A stretch of DNA of 64,000 bases. Origin: a virus. Lineage: Duplodnaviria > Heunggongvirae > Uroviricota > Caudoviricetes. Below the pieces are notes generated by a model. The model worked only from the letters and a program-made list of their open reading frames with translations. It was not told where the DNA came from and searched no databases. The stretch is from the IMG/VR virus record IMGVR_UViG_2802428878_000002. One strand, 5' to 3'. Position numbers and translations under genes: made by a program. Position 1 is the stretch's first letter; each line of letters begins with the position of its first letter. Positions 1 to 9,372 of this stretch are shown piece by piece.

Positions 1-14
1 ATTGCGTCAAGGGG

Positions 15-833
15 CTATCCACGGGCTGTTCGACCCGGTGGCAGGCCCCGCGTGGCGGCGGCGTCCCGGTACATCTGCGCTTGGGCCTCTAGCGCATCCT
101 CCAAACTCATCATGCCGTCGCCAGTCGGTGCGTCGTAGCGATTAGGCGCGGCGACTACGCCCTCACGGTCGGCGCGGAATGGCCCCGTCTGACCGGCCAG
201 CGTCGCGTACGGCTGGCGCTGAGCGTCATCGTGGCTCATTGGTTGGCCCTGCGATCTGACATTGCCTGATTCGTCGTTGGAAAATTCCACGTCAATTGGC
301 GAAAAAGAATCAGTGGACGCCAGGGCGGGTGGGGTGGTGTCATCGGTGATGCCCTGTGATCTGCGGTAGTCGGCGCGCGAGCCTGCTTCGACCGCTCCAT
401 CGAAAATCGCCTCAAAGTGTGGCGCTGTTGAAATCTCTACTCCCACAGTGGTTTTCGACGTCACGGATGCACGGTCCAGCGCTTCGGTGATGGCTTTCAG
501 TTTCACGGCATCGGCCACGTTCGGGTCGGTCGCCATCTTGAGCAACTGCTGTGCCATCGTCTCGGCAGCTTCCCCGAGCCGTCTACGTGCGGCAGCAATA
601 GCTGCCGGTGCGCGTCCTCCGTGATGCCCGCATACCTTCTGACCAGCGTATGCGGCACGTTGGCACCGATTCCCGTTCTTGCGGTGGGCAGTACAGCGCT
701 GTGATTTCGGTGAAGCAACCGTCGCCCACCACTCGTCTGACAGCCGTTTTGGCTTGTCATCACGCGAAATCTCTTCTGAATGGTTTTGTTCCGAAAGGTC
801 AGAACTATTCCCAGTTTCGTTAATATCGCCCAT
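15..833 (-). CDS. hypothetical protein with Cys/His zinc-ribbon-like motif (CTAHRKNGNRCQRAAYAGQKVCGHHGG); acidic low-complexity C-terminus
   Basis: Complete 272-aa ORF; the C-x8-C-x12-C-x-HH motif is typical of small zinc-binding proteins in actinobacterial plasmids and ICEs. No domain beyond that is recognisable. Confidence 0.5.
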   Translation of the reverse strand: MGDINETGNSSDLSEQNHSEEISRDDKPKRLSDEWWATVASPKSQRCTAHRKNGNRCQRAAYAGQKVCGHHGGRAPAAIAAARRRLGEAAETMAQQLLKMATDPNVADAVKLKAITEALDRASVTSKTTVGVEISTAPHFEAIFDGAVEAGSRADYRRSQGITDDTTPPALASTDSFSPIDVEFSNDESGNVRSQGQPMSHDDAQRQPYATLAGQTGPFRADREGVVAAPNRYDAPTGDGMMSLEDALEAQAQMYRDAAATRGLPPGRTARG

Positions 834-1140
834 TTTCGTTATCCTCCAAATCCTCTAAATCTTCGTCGTCAAAAGCTTCTTCAATCTCCCCCACAAATTC
901 AGCATTTTTCACCCACGGATTATCCTTGTCCAACCCCAGACAGTCGCACACTTTGGAATAACATTCTCGGCACAAGTATTTTCTGAACACGTATCCGTGT
1001 CCCAATCCCAGGATTACAAAATGGTCGGTTAAATCCTTGGCCCGATGCCTCGTATTTTGTTCATTCAAAATCACGTCCTCACATGCCCCGCATTTTCGGA
1101 GCACAACAGGCTGGACGGCGGGGCTATACATGGAAAACAC
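820..1140 (-). CDS. small Cys-rich hypothetical protein (106 aa) with an acidic C-terminal tail
   Basis: ORF in a low-GC segment with CxxC pairs (CGAC...CREC...CDC). The coding call is weak. Confidence 0.4.
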   Translation of the reverse strand: MFSMYSPAVQPVVLRKCGACEDVILNEQNTRHRAKDLTDHFVILGLGHGYVFRKYLCRECYSKVCDCLGLDKDNPWVKNAEFVGEIEEAFDDEDLEDLEDNENGRY

Positions 1141-1229
1141 CCCTGAACTGGCACTTTACCTGTAGCCGGGTCGGGCGTTCCCCCGTTGCCATGTGCAAAA
1201 GCAGCTCAAAAACATCCTCTGACCTGTGC

Positions 1230-1374
1230 GTAGGCAGGTAGTCAGGTAGGCAGGTCGGAAAAGAGTTTAGTTTTCTGTTTTCTACGCTCTGTCTGCCTCC
1301 CCCTCTCTCTTTATATATACTTCTTCTTCTTTCTTAGAAAAGAGAGAGGCAACCCGACTACCTTGCCTACCTGC
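1230..1374. repeat. Nested inverted repeats rich in CAGGTAGG, with a perfect 11-bp IR (CCTCTCTCTTT / AAAGAGAGAGG, 1302-1312 and 1339-1349) around an AT-rich 26-bp core
   Basis: Read directly from the sequence. Outer arms are gtaggcaggtagtcaggtaggcaggtcgg (1230-1258) and ccgactaccttgcctacctgc (1354-1374). The segment is low-GC intergenic, immediately downstream of the PrimPol gene. Confidence 0.45.
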
Positions 1375-1451
1375 ATGTCAACGGCCATTTTCCACCTGCC
1401 TATTCACTCGGCTACTCACGTCTACCAACTCGCCTACCGATTCACCTGCGC

Positions 1452-3929
1452 TCATCTGTCCTCCGCTTCCGTGTCCCCTCGCAGCCGGATACCCGTGCCC
1501 CCGATCAACGCCATCGGACTACCGTCCGGCCTCCGGAGCCGGATACCGCCATAGGAGCGCACCTGTTCGCCTCGTCCGCCGACCCGCGCGTCCGTGTCGA
1601 TCTGGTCGCCGAACGCAGCGCGGAGCTTCTTGCTCAGACTCACCTTGGACCCTGGCGTGTGCCCGTTGTCCTGGCACCACGCCCGCCACGCCTCATACAG
1701 CCGGTCTTTTGACGCGCTCGCTTCCGGCGACAGAACGCATTTCTCATCTACAAATTGAGAAATCGGGCTAGAGCCTTCATCCAGCATGCCCAATAGGCCC
1801 GAATCAACCTCCGTGAATTTTTGATTTTTCGAGAGCCGATCTAAACCGTCCAACGCCCACAATAAAATTCCCGGTAGCTCATTTTTCAAATCCTCTAGTA
1901 GTCCGATGTCTTCCTTCTGGAAGAAAGAGTTTTTGATTTCTAGCACGATCAATCGTTTGATGATTGCCCGTGAGGCATCCGGCAGTGATGGCACCTCATT
2001 GGACATGAGCATGAGGCGAGTCGGTAATCGCATGGACACAGTGCCTTTATATTTCTCGGCTACCGAGACCTCATCCTCACCGATGATCTGAATAGCCTGC
2101 TCTACAAACTGCTTGCCGTTCGCGGCCATTCTTTCATCCGAGAACACAGCCAGGCTTTTAGTTTTCAAAGCTGCCATACCGAATGGTGACGTAAATTCCC
2201 GTGCCGTCATGCCCATATGATTATCCGCGCCTATCAGGCAGGTAATTATCTTGTCAATGGTGCCCTTACCGGAACGCGGAGGGCCAATCAACATGAGCAT
2301 TTTCTGTAGGTCAGTTCGCCCCGACAGCAGATAACCGAACCATTCCTGTAGCGCGGCGATAGAATTGATTGCTTCGGCGTCGGTTCCGAAAATCTCTGTC
2401 AGAAATCGCAGCCATCGGTGCGCTGTTTTAGGGTTTGGGCTGTAGTCGAATTCCAGTGCCAACGTATTGAAGTAGCGCGCCGTATGCGGCAGTAGCGTCC
2501 TGTCCCCTACGCTCAAAAGCCCGTTTCCACAGGCTATTACGACATCCGCGCCGGTGGCACGCGTCGAATCCAAGCCGGGGACCGCCTCGGCGTCCAACCA
2601 GCTTGGCATTGTTTTCACGTTAATTCGGGCCTTAGCTTTCAAGGCATCAATAACCCCGTCGATGCGGCTTTTATTGGGGTTCCACGGAACGCGTTTATCG
2701 CCCTTCATGTAGAAGGCGGCACCATCTAACAATTGGTATAGATATCTCCGTATTTCTTCATCGTCTAGCGGGCGGTAGCACACGCCGTCAAATCGCATCC
2801 ATTGTTTGCGCCAGTAAACGACGGGTTTTCTGGTCTCGTCATCGCCTTCATTCGCGCGAGCAAGAATCCGATCCGCCACCTTCACCGGAGAATTCGGAGA
2901 CGGCCACAGATCACGATGCGCGCGCTCCCACAGTTGTTCGGGCGTGCCGTCAGCGTCGGCAGCGGCAATAGCGTCGCGCACCATGCGATCAAATTCATCG
3001 GTATCCCCGTCGCGGGACTCACCACCAATAGCTTTGCACCACAACGCTTTTAGCTCATCGACGGCATCCTTGGCCGGAAAGCACCCGGCTTTAGCTTCTC
3101 GGGCTGCCCAGCACAGGCAATCGAACATGGACGCGTGCCGCCCACCGGCTGCCGTCTCGAAACTGGCCGTGATCGCCTCTAGAGCGTCGGCATCCTTCGC
3201 CTTGTCGTAGGTGGCGAGAAAAACTTCAGCGGCTTTAGCCCTGTCCGAATCGCTAGGGATCACAGCTGAACCTGGTGCCGCAGAGAGCTTTTCGGCTATC
3301 GCGTCGGGCAGGTAGGCGACATCGCCTCCCACAGGTGAGTAACGCCCCTCGGGACGGGCATGCTCAGTGGGAGCCGCAACGACAAAACCCGACTCGGATT
3401 TGATGTCACCAATATTTCCCGCTTTGGGCATCTTGATTGCGCCCCACGAATTACCGAACCGCTGTCCGTCACGCAGCGCGAAAAAGTAATGCCCGTGCGT
3501 CGGATCAAGGGTATCTGAGCAGCGGAAAACCGTAGAATCTAAATGCTTTTGTAGCCACGCGGGGACGCCACGTTCGGCGTGGTCGATATCGACCACCAGT
3601 AGGCCCGACTGTCCCGGCACGATGCCCACACCAGCATCAGGCCACCTGTCCCACCAGTACGCGATTTGATCTGGATCGGTCGTTGCACGGTGCTGCCATG
3701 CACCGCCGATGCGAGCGGGTGATTTCGTTCCGCGACTCACTGGAATTACGCGGATACCGGCCTGTGCGTACGCCAGCGCAGCCTCCCGGCAGTTCATGCC
3801 GGTCACATCAGGCAGAGAACGCGCCGGGGCTTGGGGTGTGGTCGCACTGCTGGTTTTGCGTCGGGTGAGTTTCTTGGTCTGGCCGTTGTCGGCGGATTGC
3901 GTTACCATGGTCCTCGGTATGCCTTTCAA
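1452..3929 (-). CDS. Bifunctional primase-polymerase: AEP-superfamily PrimPol N-terminal domain fused to a P4-family primase C-terminal / SF3-type NTPase domain
   Basis: N-terminus has the PrimPol signature (GIRVIPV...VGIVPGQSGLLVVDID). C-terminus has Walker A GPPRSGKGT and a D5_N-like region. 825 aa. Confidence 0.85.
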   Translation of the reverse strand: MKGIPRTMVTQSADNGQTKKLTRRKTSSATTPQAPARSLPDVTGMNCREAALAYAQAGIRVIPVSRGTKSPARIGGAWQHRATTDPDQIAYWWDRWPDAGVGIVPGQSGLLVVDIDHAERGVPAWLQKHLDSTVFRCSDTLDPTHGHYFFALRDGQRFGNSWGAIKMPKAGNIGDIKSESGFVVAAPTEHARPEGRYSPVGGDVAYLPDAIAEKLSAAPGSAVIPSDSDRAKAAEVFLATYDKAKDADALEAITASFETAAGGRHASMFDCLCWAAREAKAGCFPAKDAVDELKALWCKAIGGESRDGDTDEFDRMVRDAIAAADADGTPEQLWERAHRDLWPSPNSPVKVADRILARANEGDDETRKPVVYWRKQWMRFDGVCYRPLDDEEIRRYLYQLLDGAAFYMKGDKRVPWNPNKSRIDGVIDALKAKARINVKTMPSWLDAEAVPGLDSTRATGADVVIACGNGLLSVGDRTLLPHTARYFNTLALEFDYSPNPKTAHRWLRFLTEIFGTDAEAINSIAALQEWFGYLLSGRTDLQKMLMLIGPPRSGKGTIDKIITCLIGADNHMGMTAREFTSPFGMAALKTKSLAVFSDERMAANGKQFVEQAIQIIGEDEVSVAEKYKGTVSMRLPTRLMLMSNEVPSLPDASRAIIKRLIVLEIKNSFFQKEDIGLLEDLKNELPGILLWALDGLDRLSKNQKFTEVDSGLLGMLDEGSSPISQFVDEKCVLSPEASASKDRLYEAWRAWCQDNGHTPGSKVSLSKKLRAAFGDQIDTDARVGGRGEQVRSYGGIRLRRPDGSPMALIGGTGIRLRGDTEAEDR

Positions 3930-4031
3930 ATACCTAACAGAGCCATCCTCAACAAACCCCCCCGTTGGCGAGGATGGCTCTGTTTTTGCGCAAAATCGGA
4001 ATCAATTCTCGTGCGGGTAAATAAGCCTGGC

Positions 4032-4721
4032 TCAGCCAGGGGTTAATCCAGTTCCCAATGAAGCCGAAATTTGATAACTGTCTACGTAGTCTCGCCAGCA
4101 CATTGAGCAGACTTTGAAAAACACAACTTTGTCCCACGGGCACGCGAACGGTATGACGTTGATATGGGTCGCAAGCATGCCTTTACATGCTGGTGACAGC
4201 GGCCAATCGCAACCGGGGCCGTCGAAGTTGTTTCCCGCGCCTGCGATTCTGGCGACCGTCTCGCGAAACATCATGTCGTAAATGCGCTGGTAGTCGCGAT
4301 ATCCCTGGATCACCCATCGGTGTTGGGGGTATCCGGCCAACACCGCGAATCCTGTGGCCGTGCGTACGTCCTGGTGCAGCTCATCCAACCCGTCACGGGC
4401 ACAGGTGTCAGCCAGTTTTTCGTAGGTTGTTTTTCCTCGGACAAGCAGGTCAAGAAAATCGCTCGGAAGTCTGCCCATATTTAGGTAGTGACCTACTGGT
4501 GGTTCACCTTCTGGCGCCGACATGAAGTATTTTCGGTTCGATTCTATTGCACGATCAACCATTGTGGGAATAATGCCCATCGGTTCACGCTTGGTGTGGA
4601 GTATGTGGGCGATTTCTGTCGCCGGATTTTCGTGCGCTTTTTGTGTCACAAATCGTTTGATATCGTCTACCTGCTTTAGGTAGCGGTCACTTGATGCGGT
4701 TAATTTTGGTACGTCGAACAT
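4032..4721 (-). CDS. hypothetical protein (229 aa)
   Basis: Long ORF in a lower-GC segment with no recognisable motif. Confidence 0.5.
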   Translation of the reverse strand: MFDVPKLTASSDRYLKQVDDIKRFVTQKAHENPATEIAHILHTKREPMGIIPTMVDRAIESNRKYFMSAPEGEPPVGHYLNMGRLPSDFLDLLVRGKTTYEKLADTCARDGLDELHQDVRTATGFAVLAGYPQHRWVIQGYRDYQRIYDMMFRETVARIAGAGNNFDGPGCDWPLSPACKGMLATHINVIPFACPWDKVVFFKVCSMCWRDYVDSYQISASLGTGLTPG

Positions 4722-4753
4722 CGGCCTGCCTTTCCAGTTGGTTTGACTATTAA

Positions 4754-5050
4754 TTATCCCGCCTGTGTCAGATGACGGTATTTCTTAGCGAGCGCCCAAG
4801 CAGCCAAGTCGTATTCAGATGCAAGCGCCGCACCACTCACCAAAGCAGTAGGAATCTCCCCCGATTCATATGCGCGGAATACTGCATTGTTTTTGAAGGG
4901 TGTTCCAAGCCTCTCATTTAGCCAGATCACACCATCGGGTTTCCGCATCGTTGGCACGACCGAAAAATTCTGTGCATCCAACCATTTTTGATCTGCGGGT
5001 AATAGCTCTACATTTCCAGTTGACACAACTGTCCCAGGATTCGCACTCAT
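4754..5050 (-). CDS. hypothetical protein (98 aa)
   Basis: ORF with plausible, non-R/S-biased composition. Confidence 0.4.
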   Translation of the reverse strand: MSANPGTVVSTGNVELLPADQKWLDAQNFSVVPTMRKPDGVIWLNERLGTPFKNNAVFRAYESGEIPTALVSGAALASEYDLAAWALAKKYRHLTQAG

Positions 5051-5405
5051 AATTAGTTTCTCATTTCTATGAGAGAAATGACCCGAAAAGCTCGGGTACT
5101 GCGGTCACCACTGACGTTACGCACAGGCCACCGCCTTTGTCTAGCAATAGGTGCAAATTAGTCCGCACAATTCTGGCGATAGCCATTACCGCAGGCCAGA
5201 GAGCCAAATAAGGAACTATTTCAATTTATATGCATTTTCCAAGGCCGGTGTGGTGCGGTATTTAGAGAAAACAAATTCGGCCTGACTTCTATTGCATTCT
5301 TCCTACAGGATATAGAAATGTTGGATGTCGCCCCGGGAAAGATTGTGGCCGCGTTTCGTCACGTGACGGCGCTGACCGGCGTGTCGCCTAGGGGCCGAAA
5401 TCCCG

Positions 5406-5505
5406 CCCAGATTCAGCGATACCTCGCACATGTCCGTTCTCACGGATGTTGGGGCATTCTCATTGAATCTGGGGTAACCGCGTGTCTTTCTCATTGAATC
5501 TGGGG
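5406..5505. repeat. Left-end transposase-binding-site-like repeats: CCCAGATTCAGCGATA at 5406-5421, and TTCTCATTGAATCTGGGG at 5457-5474 and 5488-5505
   Basis: Read directly. Two identical 18-mers lie 31 bp apart, immediately upstream of the tnsA-like gene. Confidence 0.55.
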
Positions 5506-5526
5506 CACGGTGCTTAACCTTTAGAT

Positions 5527-6267
5527 GTGCTGACGTCGGTAGTGTCGGCTTGGCCTGTTGGTGCGGGTGTCGTTGAACTGGAGTTCGACACGCGTGATGG
5601 CAGCTTGTGCCTCCCGCTAGCCCGGTGCGCGACGTTCCCGTTTGAGCTTGACTGTTTACCGGTGCGGAATTTTCCTTCGTACCGTGGTCAACGCAATTTC
5701 CCGGGTTTGTGGTGGTTTTCCCGTACTGGTATTCATGTTGGCCATGAGTCGTGGCTGGAACGTGATCAGTTGATGGCGCTGGATGCTGACCCGGACGTGA
5801 TTGGCGTTGTATCACAACCATTTTGGTTCCGTTGGGCAGATGGTGTAAGTCATGCTCCGGACTATTTCGTGCGGCGCCGGGATGGTTCAGCGCTCGTGCT
5901 CGATGTTCGCGATGATGGCCGGATCGAGGCAGCGGATCAGGAGAAATTTGACCGTTCGGCTGCTGAGTGCGCGGCAGTTGGCTGGGATTGCCGCCGGGTC
6001 GGGGTGCTTGATCCGGTGCTGCGGGCCAATCTTCGGTGGCTCTCTGGATATCGGCATCCACGCGTGTTTCGGCCTGGTTTGGCCGATGATCTGATGTCGG
6101 CGTTCGGTCGGGCTCGGCCCTTGATGGCCGGTGTATTGGCGGTGGGCACTCCCCTGGTGGTGCTGCCTGTCCTGTTTCACCTGCTCTGGCATCGCAAATT
6201 GAGCGTCGACCTTGCGGCGACAACATTGACCGATGACACGATCGTCAGTCCAAGTACAGGCTGGTGA
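5527..6267 (+). CDS. tnsA: TnsA-like endonuclease subunit of a heteromeric Tn7-like transposase
   Basis: Sits immediately upstream of the DDE transposase and is translationally coupled to it. Motifs HESWLERDQLMALDADPDVIGVVSQPF and APDYFVRRRDG...VLDVRDDG resemble the TnsA N-terminal PD-(D/E)xK endonuclease domain. Confidence 0.6.
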   Translation: MLTSVVSAWPVGAGVVELEFDTRDGSLCLPLARCATFPFELDCLPVRNFPSYRGQRNFPGLWWFSRTGIHVGHESWLERDQLMALDADPDVIGVVSQPFWFRWADGVSHAPDYFVRRRDGSALVLDVRDDGRIEAADQEKFDRSAAECAAVGWDCRRVGVLDPVLRANLRWLSGYRHPRVFRPGLADDLMSAFGRARPLMAGVLAVGTPLVVLPVLFHLLWHRKLSVDLAATTLTDDTIVSPSTGW

Positions 6268-6270
6268 GAG

Positions 6271-8349
6271 ATGAGAACGGGTGTCGTCCGTGAGGGAGAC
6301 GAAATCCGTTTATCGTCAGGGGTTTTCATGGTGGCAACGCTTTCTGGTGGTGCCGCTCGGCTCGTTGATGCGATCGGTCAACACGTTGTGATGCCGCTGC
6401 CGGAGCTGCTCGCTGACCCGGCGTTGGAGCTGGTATCGGGTTCGCGGCCGTCGTTGTGCTCTGAGGAGGCGCTTGCGGGACTACCGGAGACGGCAGTTGA
6501 GCGTGCTCGCTGGTGGGAGCGGCATATCGTGGAGATCCTGACCGGGCGGCCACCAGGGTCGGCTCCGGGAACGCGTCCACGGCCTGAGTTTGACCCAACC
6601 AGGCAGTCGCTGCGGCAGCGCGAACTGGCCAAGTTGGCTGAGCTACAGGCTGCCGGGCATGAGGTGAGCCGTAATGCGTTGCAGCGGCGCAGGTTCGCCT
6701 ACGAACGGGACGGCCTGCTGGGCGTCGTCGATGGGCGCCATAACCGGCGTCAGCCGGTGTTCGGCCGTGTCGATGAGCGGGTGGTCGCGGCGGTGCGTGA
6801 TGCGATCGACGGCGAGACTGATCTGTCGACAGGCACGGTACAGCGGTTACAGCGCAAGGTGGCCAAGGCGCTGGTGGCGGTCTATGGCCGCGATGATGCC
6901 CCGGCGATGCCGTCGCAGCCGACGTTTTATCGGCTGGTCAAACGCCTCGCAGAGGGGAGACACACGTTCGGGTCGGCGCGGACCCGCCGCTCGTTGTCCA
7001 AGCAACCCGATGGCCCATTCGGGGCGATTACGGTGGCGCGCCCGGGTGAGGTGGTCGAGATCGATTCCACGCCATTGGATGTGCGAGTCGTGCTCGATGA
7101 CGGTTTGGTTGACCGGGTGGAGCTGACCGCGATGGTCGACAACGCCACGCGCTCTATCGCCGCGGCGGTGTTGCGGCCCACTACCAAGGGGGTGGATGCG
7201 TCGTTGTTATTGGCGCGGGCGCTGACTCCTGAGCCGATGCGGCCAGGCTGGGCGGATGCGTTGCGGATGTCACGGTCGGTGCTTCCGCATCGCAGTTTGA
7301 CCAGTATCGATGAGCGGCTGGCTGATGCGGCGGCGCGGCCGGTGATCGCCCCGGAGACGATTGTGTGTGATCACGGCAAAGCCTATCTGTCGCAGACGTT
7401 TCGGCAGGCCTGTTGCACGCTGGGGATCAGTTTGCAGCCCGCGCACCCCGATACCCCGACCGACAAACCCAAGGTTGAGCGCACCTTGCAGTCGGTGGGC
7501 ACCTTGTTCGCCCAGCATGTGGCCGGATATGTGGGTTCCTCGGTGGAGCGGCGCGGCAAGCACGCTGAGCAGGGCGCCGTGTGGCCGATGGTGGAGCTGC
7601 AGGCGCTGCTGGATGAGTGGATCGTGGCGGTGTGGCAGAACCGGCCACACGAGGGTCTGCGTGATCCGGTGACGCCAGGAAAAGCGCTGACGCCCAATGA
7701 GAAATACGCTGCGCTGGTCGAGGTCGCCGGGTACGTGCCGGTGCCCTTGGGTGCTGATGACTACATCGAGCTGCTGCCTGCATGCTGGCGCACGATCAAC
7801 CAGTACGGCATCCGCGTCAATCACCGCACCTATGACGCTAAAGCACTCAACCCGTACCGCCGTCAGCATTCCGGTGTCGACGATCATGGCGGGCAGTGGG
7901 AAGTCCACTACGACCCCTACGACGTGTCGCGGATCTGGGTGCGCGATCACCACAACGAAGAAGGCTGGATTTCGGCGACCTGGACGCATCTGCGGACCTC
8001 CCCAGTGCCGTTCGGTGACGCCCTGTGGCGCCACGCTCATGCCCAGGTACGCGAAAATGGCGCCCACAAGGCCCGTGAGGCCGAGATCGCGGCGATAGCA
8101 GACGATCTGATGGACCGTGCCGCACAAGGACCTGTGGACCGCCCCAAGTCCGAACGCCGCCTGACTGGGCGCACTACAGCAGCTCTCCAAGACCGGAAGT
8201 GGCCACGACCTGCCGAGCCTGATACCCCGGAGCCTGAGGTGTGGGCGGAGGCCGCTGAGACAGACGAAGACGTAGATGACGATGTGGCGGATGTGATTCC
8301 GCTTCCGGTTTTCGATGCACGCAAGGAGGCTCAATCGTGGCGATTGTGA
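6271..8349 (+). CDS. tnsB: TnsB/TniA-like DDE transposase (Mu-transposase / rve integrase core)
   Basis: 692 aa. DDE triad context: EIDSTPLDV, IVCDHGKAY, KPKVERT. C-terminus is acidic. Confidence 0.9.
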   Translation: MRTGVVREGDEIRLSSGVFMVATLSGGAARLVDAIGQHVVMPLPELLADPALELVSGSRPSLCSEEALAGLPETAVERARWWERHIVEILTGRPPGSAPGTRPRPEFDPTRQSLRQRELAKLAELQAAGHEVSRNALQRRRFAYERDGLLGVVDGRHNRRQPVFGRVDERVVAAVRDAIDGETDLSTGTVQRLQRKVAKALVAVYGRDDAPAMPSQPTFYRLVKRLAEGRHTFGSARTRRSLSKQPDGPFGAITVARPGEVVEIDSTPLDVRVVLDDGLVDRVELTAMVDNATRSIAAAVLRPTTKGVDASLLLARALTPEPMRPGWADALRMSRSVLPHRSLTSIDERLADAAARPVIAPETIVCDHGKAYLSQTFRQACCTLGISLQPAHPDTPTDKPKVERTLQSVGTLFAQHVAGYVGSSVERRGKHAEQGAVWPMVELQALLDEWIVAVWQNRPHEGLRDPVTPGKALTPNEKYAALVEVAGYVPVPLGADDYIELLPACWRTINQYGIRVNHRTYDAKALNPYRRQHSGVDDHGGQWEVHYDPYDVSRIWVRDHHNEEGWISATWTHLRTSPVPFGDALWRHAHAQVRENGAHKAREAEIAAIADDLMDRAAQGPVDRPKSERRLTGRTTAALQDRKWPRPAEPDTPEPEVWAEAAETDEDVDDDVADVIPLPVFDARKEAQSWRL

Positions 8350-9371
8350 CCGAGTCGGAGATAGCGGCCGTCAACCAGTTAGAGGATCGTCGCCAGCCCA
8401 CCACCACGTTGGAGGGCTGGCGACGTTTCATTGAAGCCGATCCACCCGAGTTCGAGCTGCTCGATAACGCCTTCTGGGACGCCCTGGCCGACCGGGAACG
8501 CACCGCCTACAACGAAGCCCGCGTGGCCCACCACTCAGAGCTGGTGGTGGTCACCACCTCCTCCATTGAGGCGATCACCAACCAGGGCCGATTGTTAACG
8601 CTGCTCAACCAGCGCGAAATCGGTGCACGCCGGGGCCTGATCATCTCCGGCGCCGCAGCCACCGGCAAGACCACCGCCATCAAACAACTGGGCCGCTTCC
8701 ACGAACTACGCACGCGGGCACGCTTTCCCGGCGATGACAGCCGCATCCCCGTCGTCTACGTGACGGCACCGCCTAAAGGATCGCCCCGCAAGCTGGCGAT
8801 GGAATTCGCACGGTTTTTGGGCTTGCCGACCATCAACCCACGTATGAACGTCACCGACATCTCCGATGCGGTCTGCCAGGTCATGATCGATGCCCGCACC
8901 GATATCGTGGTGGTCGATGAGATCCACAACCTGAACTTGGATACTCGTGCCGGAGAAGAGCTTTCCGATCACCTGAAATACTTCACCGAGCATCTGCCGG
9001 CCACTTTCGTCTACGCTGGCATCGAGGTGGAGAAATCCGGGCTGTTCACCGGCACCCGCGGGCGCCAACTCGCCGGGCGCTGCGGGGTCATCCACACCAA
9101 CGCATTCCCCGACGCCAAAGAATGGCGCCAGCTCGTGGCAGCCATGGAAGGCACCTTGCGGCTGCATCGGCACAAACCGGGAACCCTCGTCGCCGAAGCC
9201 CGTTACCTGCATCTACGCACCCGCGGCATGATCGGCAGCCTCGCGCATCTCATCCGGGCCGCCGCGATCCAGTCCATGCTCGACGGCACCGAAAAAGTCA
9301 CCAGAGAACTCATGGACACCGTGCTCATCGACTACGCCGCCCACACCGCCGCCGCCCGCACCGCCTGCTGA
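8337..9371 (+). CDS. tnsC: TnsC/TniB-like AAA+ ATPase
   Basis: Walker A GLIISGAAATGKTT and Walker B VVVDEIHNL. Overlaps the tnsB stop. Confidence 0.85.
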   Translation: MAIVTESEIAAVNQLEDRRQPTTTLEGWRRFIEADPPEFELLDNAFWDALADRERTAYNEARVAHHSELVVVTTSSIEAITNQGRLLTLLNQREIGARRGLIISGAAATGKTTAIKQLGRFHELRTRARFPGDDSRIPVVYVTAPPKGSPRKLAMEFARFLGLPTINPRMNVTDISDAVCQVMIDARTDIVVVDEIHNLNLDTRAGEELSDHLKYFTEHLPATFVYAGIEVEKSGLFTGTRGRQLAGRCGVIHTNAFPDAKEWRQLVAAMEGTLRLHRHKPGTLVAEARYLHLRTRGMIGSLAHLIRAAAIQSMLDGTEKVTRELMDTVLIDYAAHTAAARTAC

Positions 9372-9372
9372 C

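Noticed and set aside
5303-6226. 307-aa minus-strand ORF
   Set aside because: Antisense to the TnsA-like gene; Arg/Pro/His-rich composition typical of a wrong frame in high-GC DNA.
7270-8334. 354-aa minus-strand ORF
   Set aside because: Antisense to the TnsB transposase gene.
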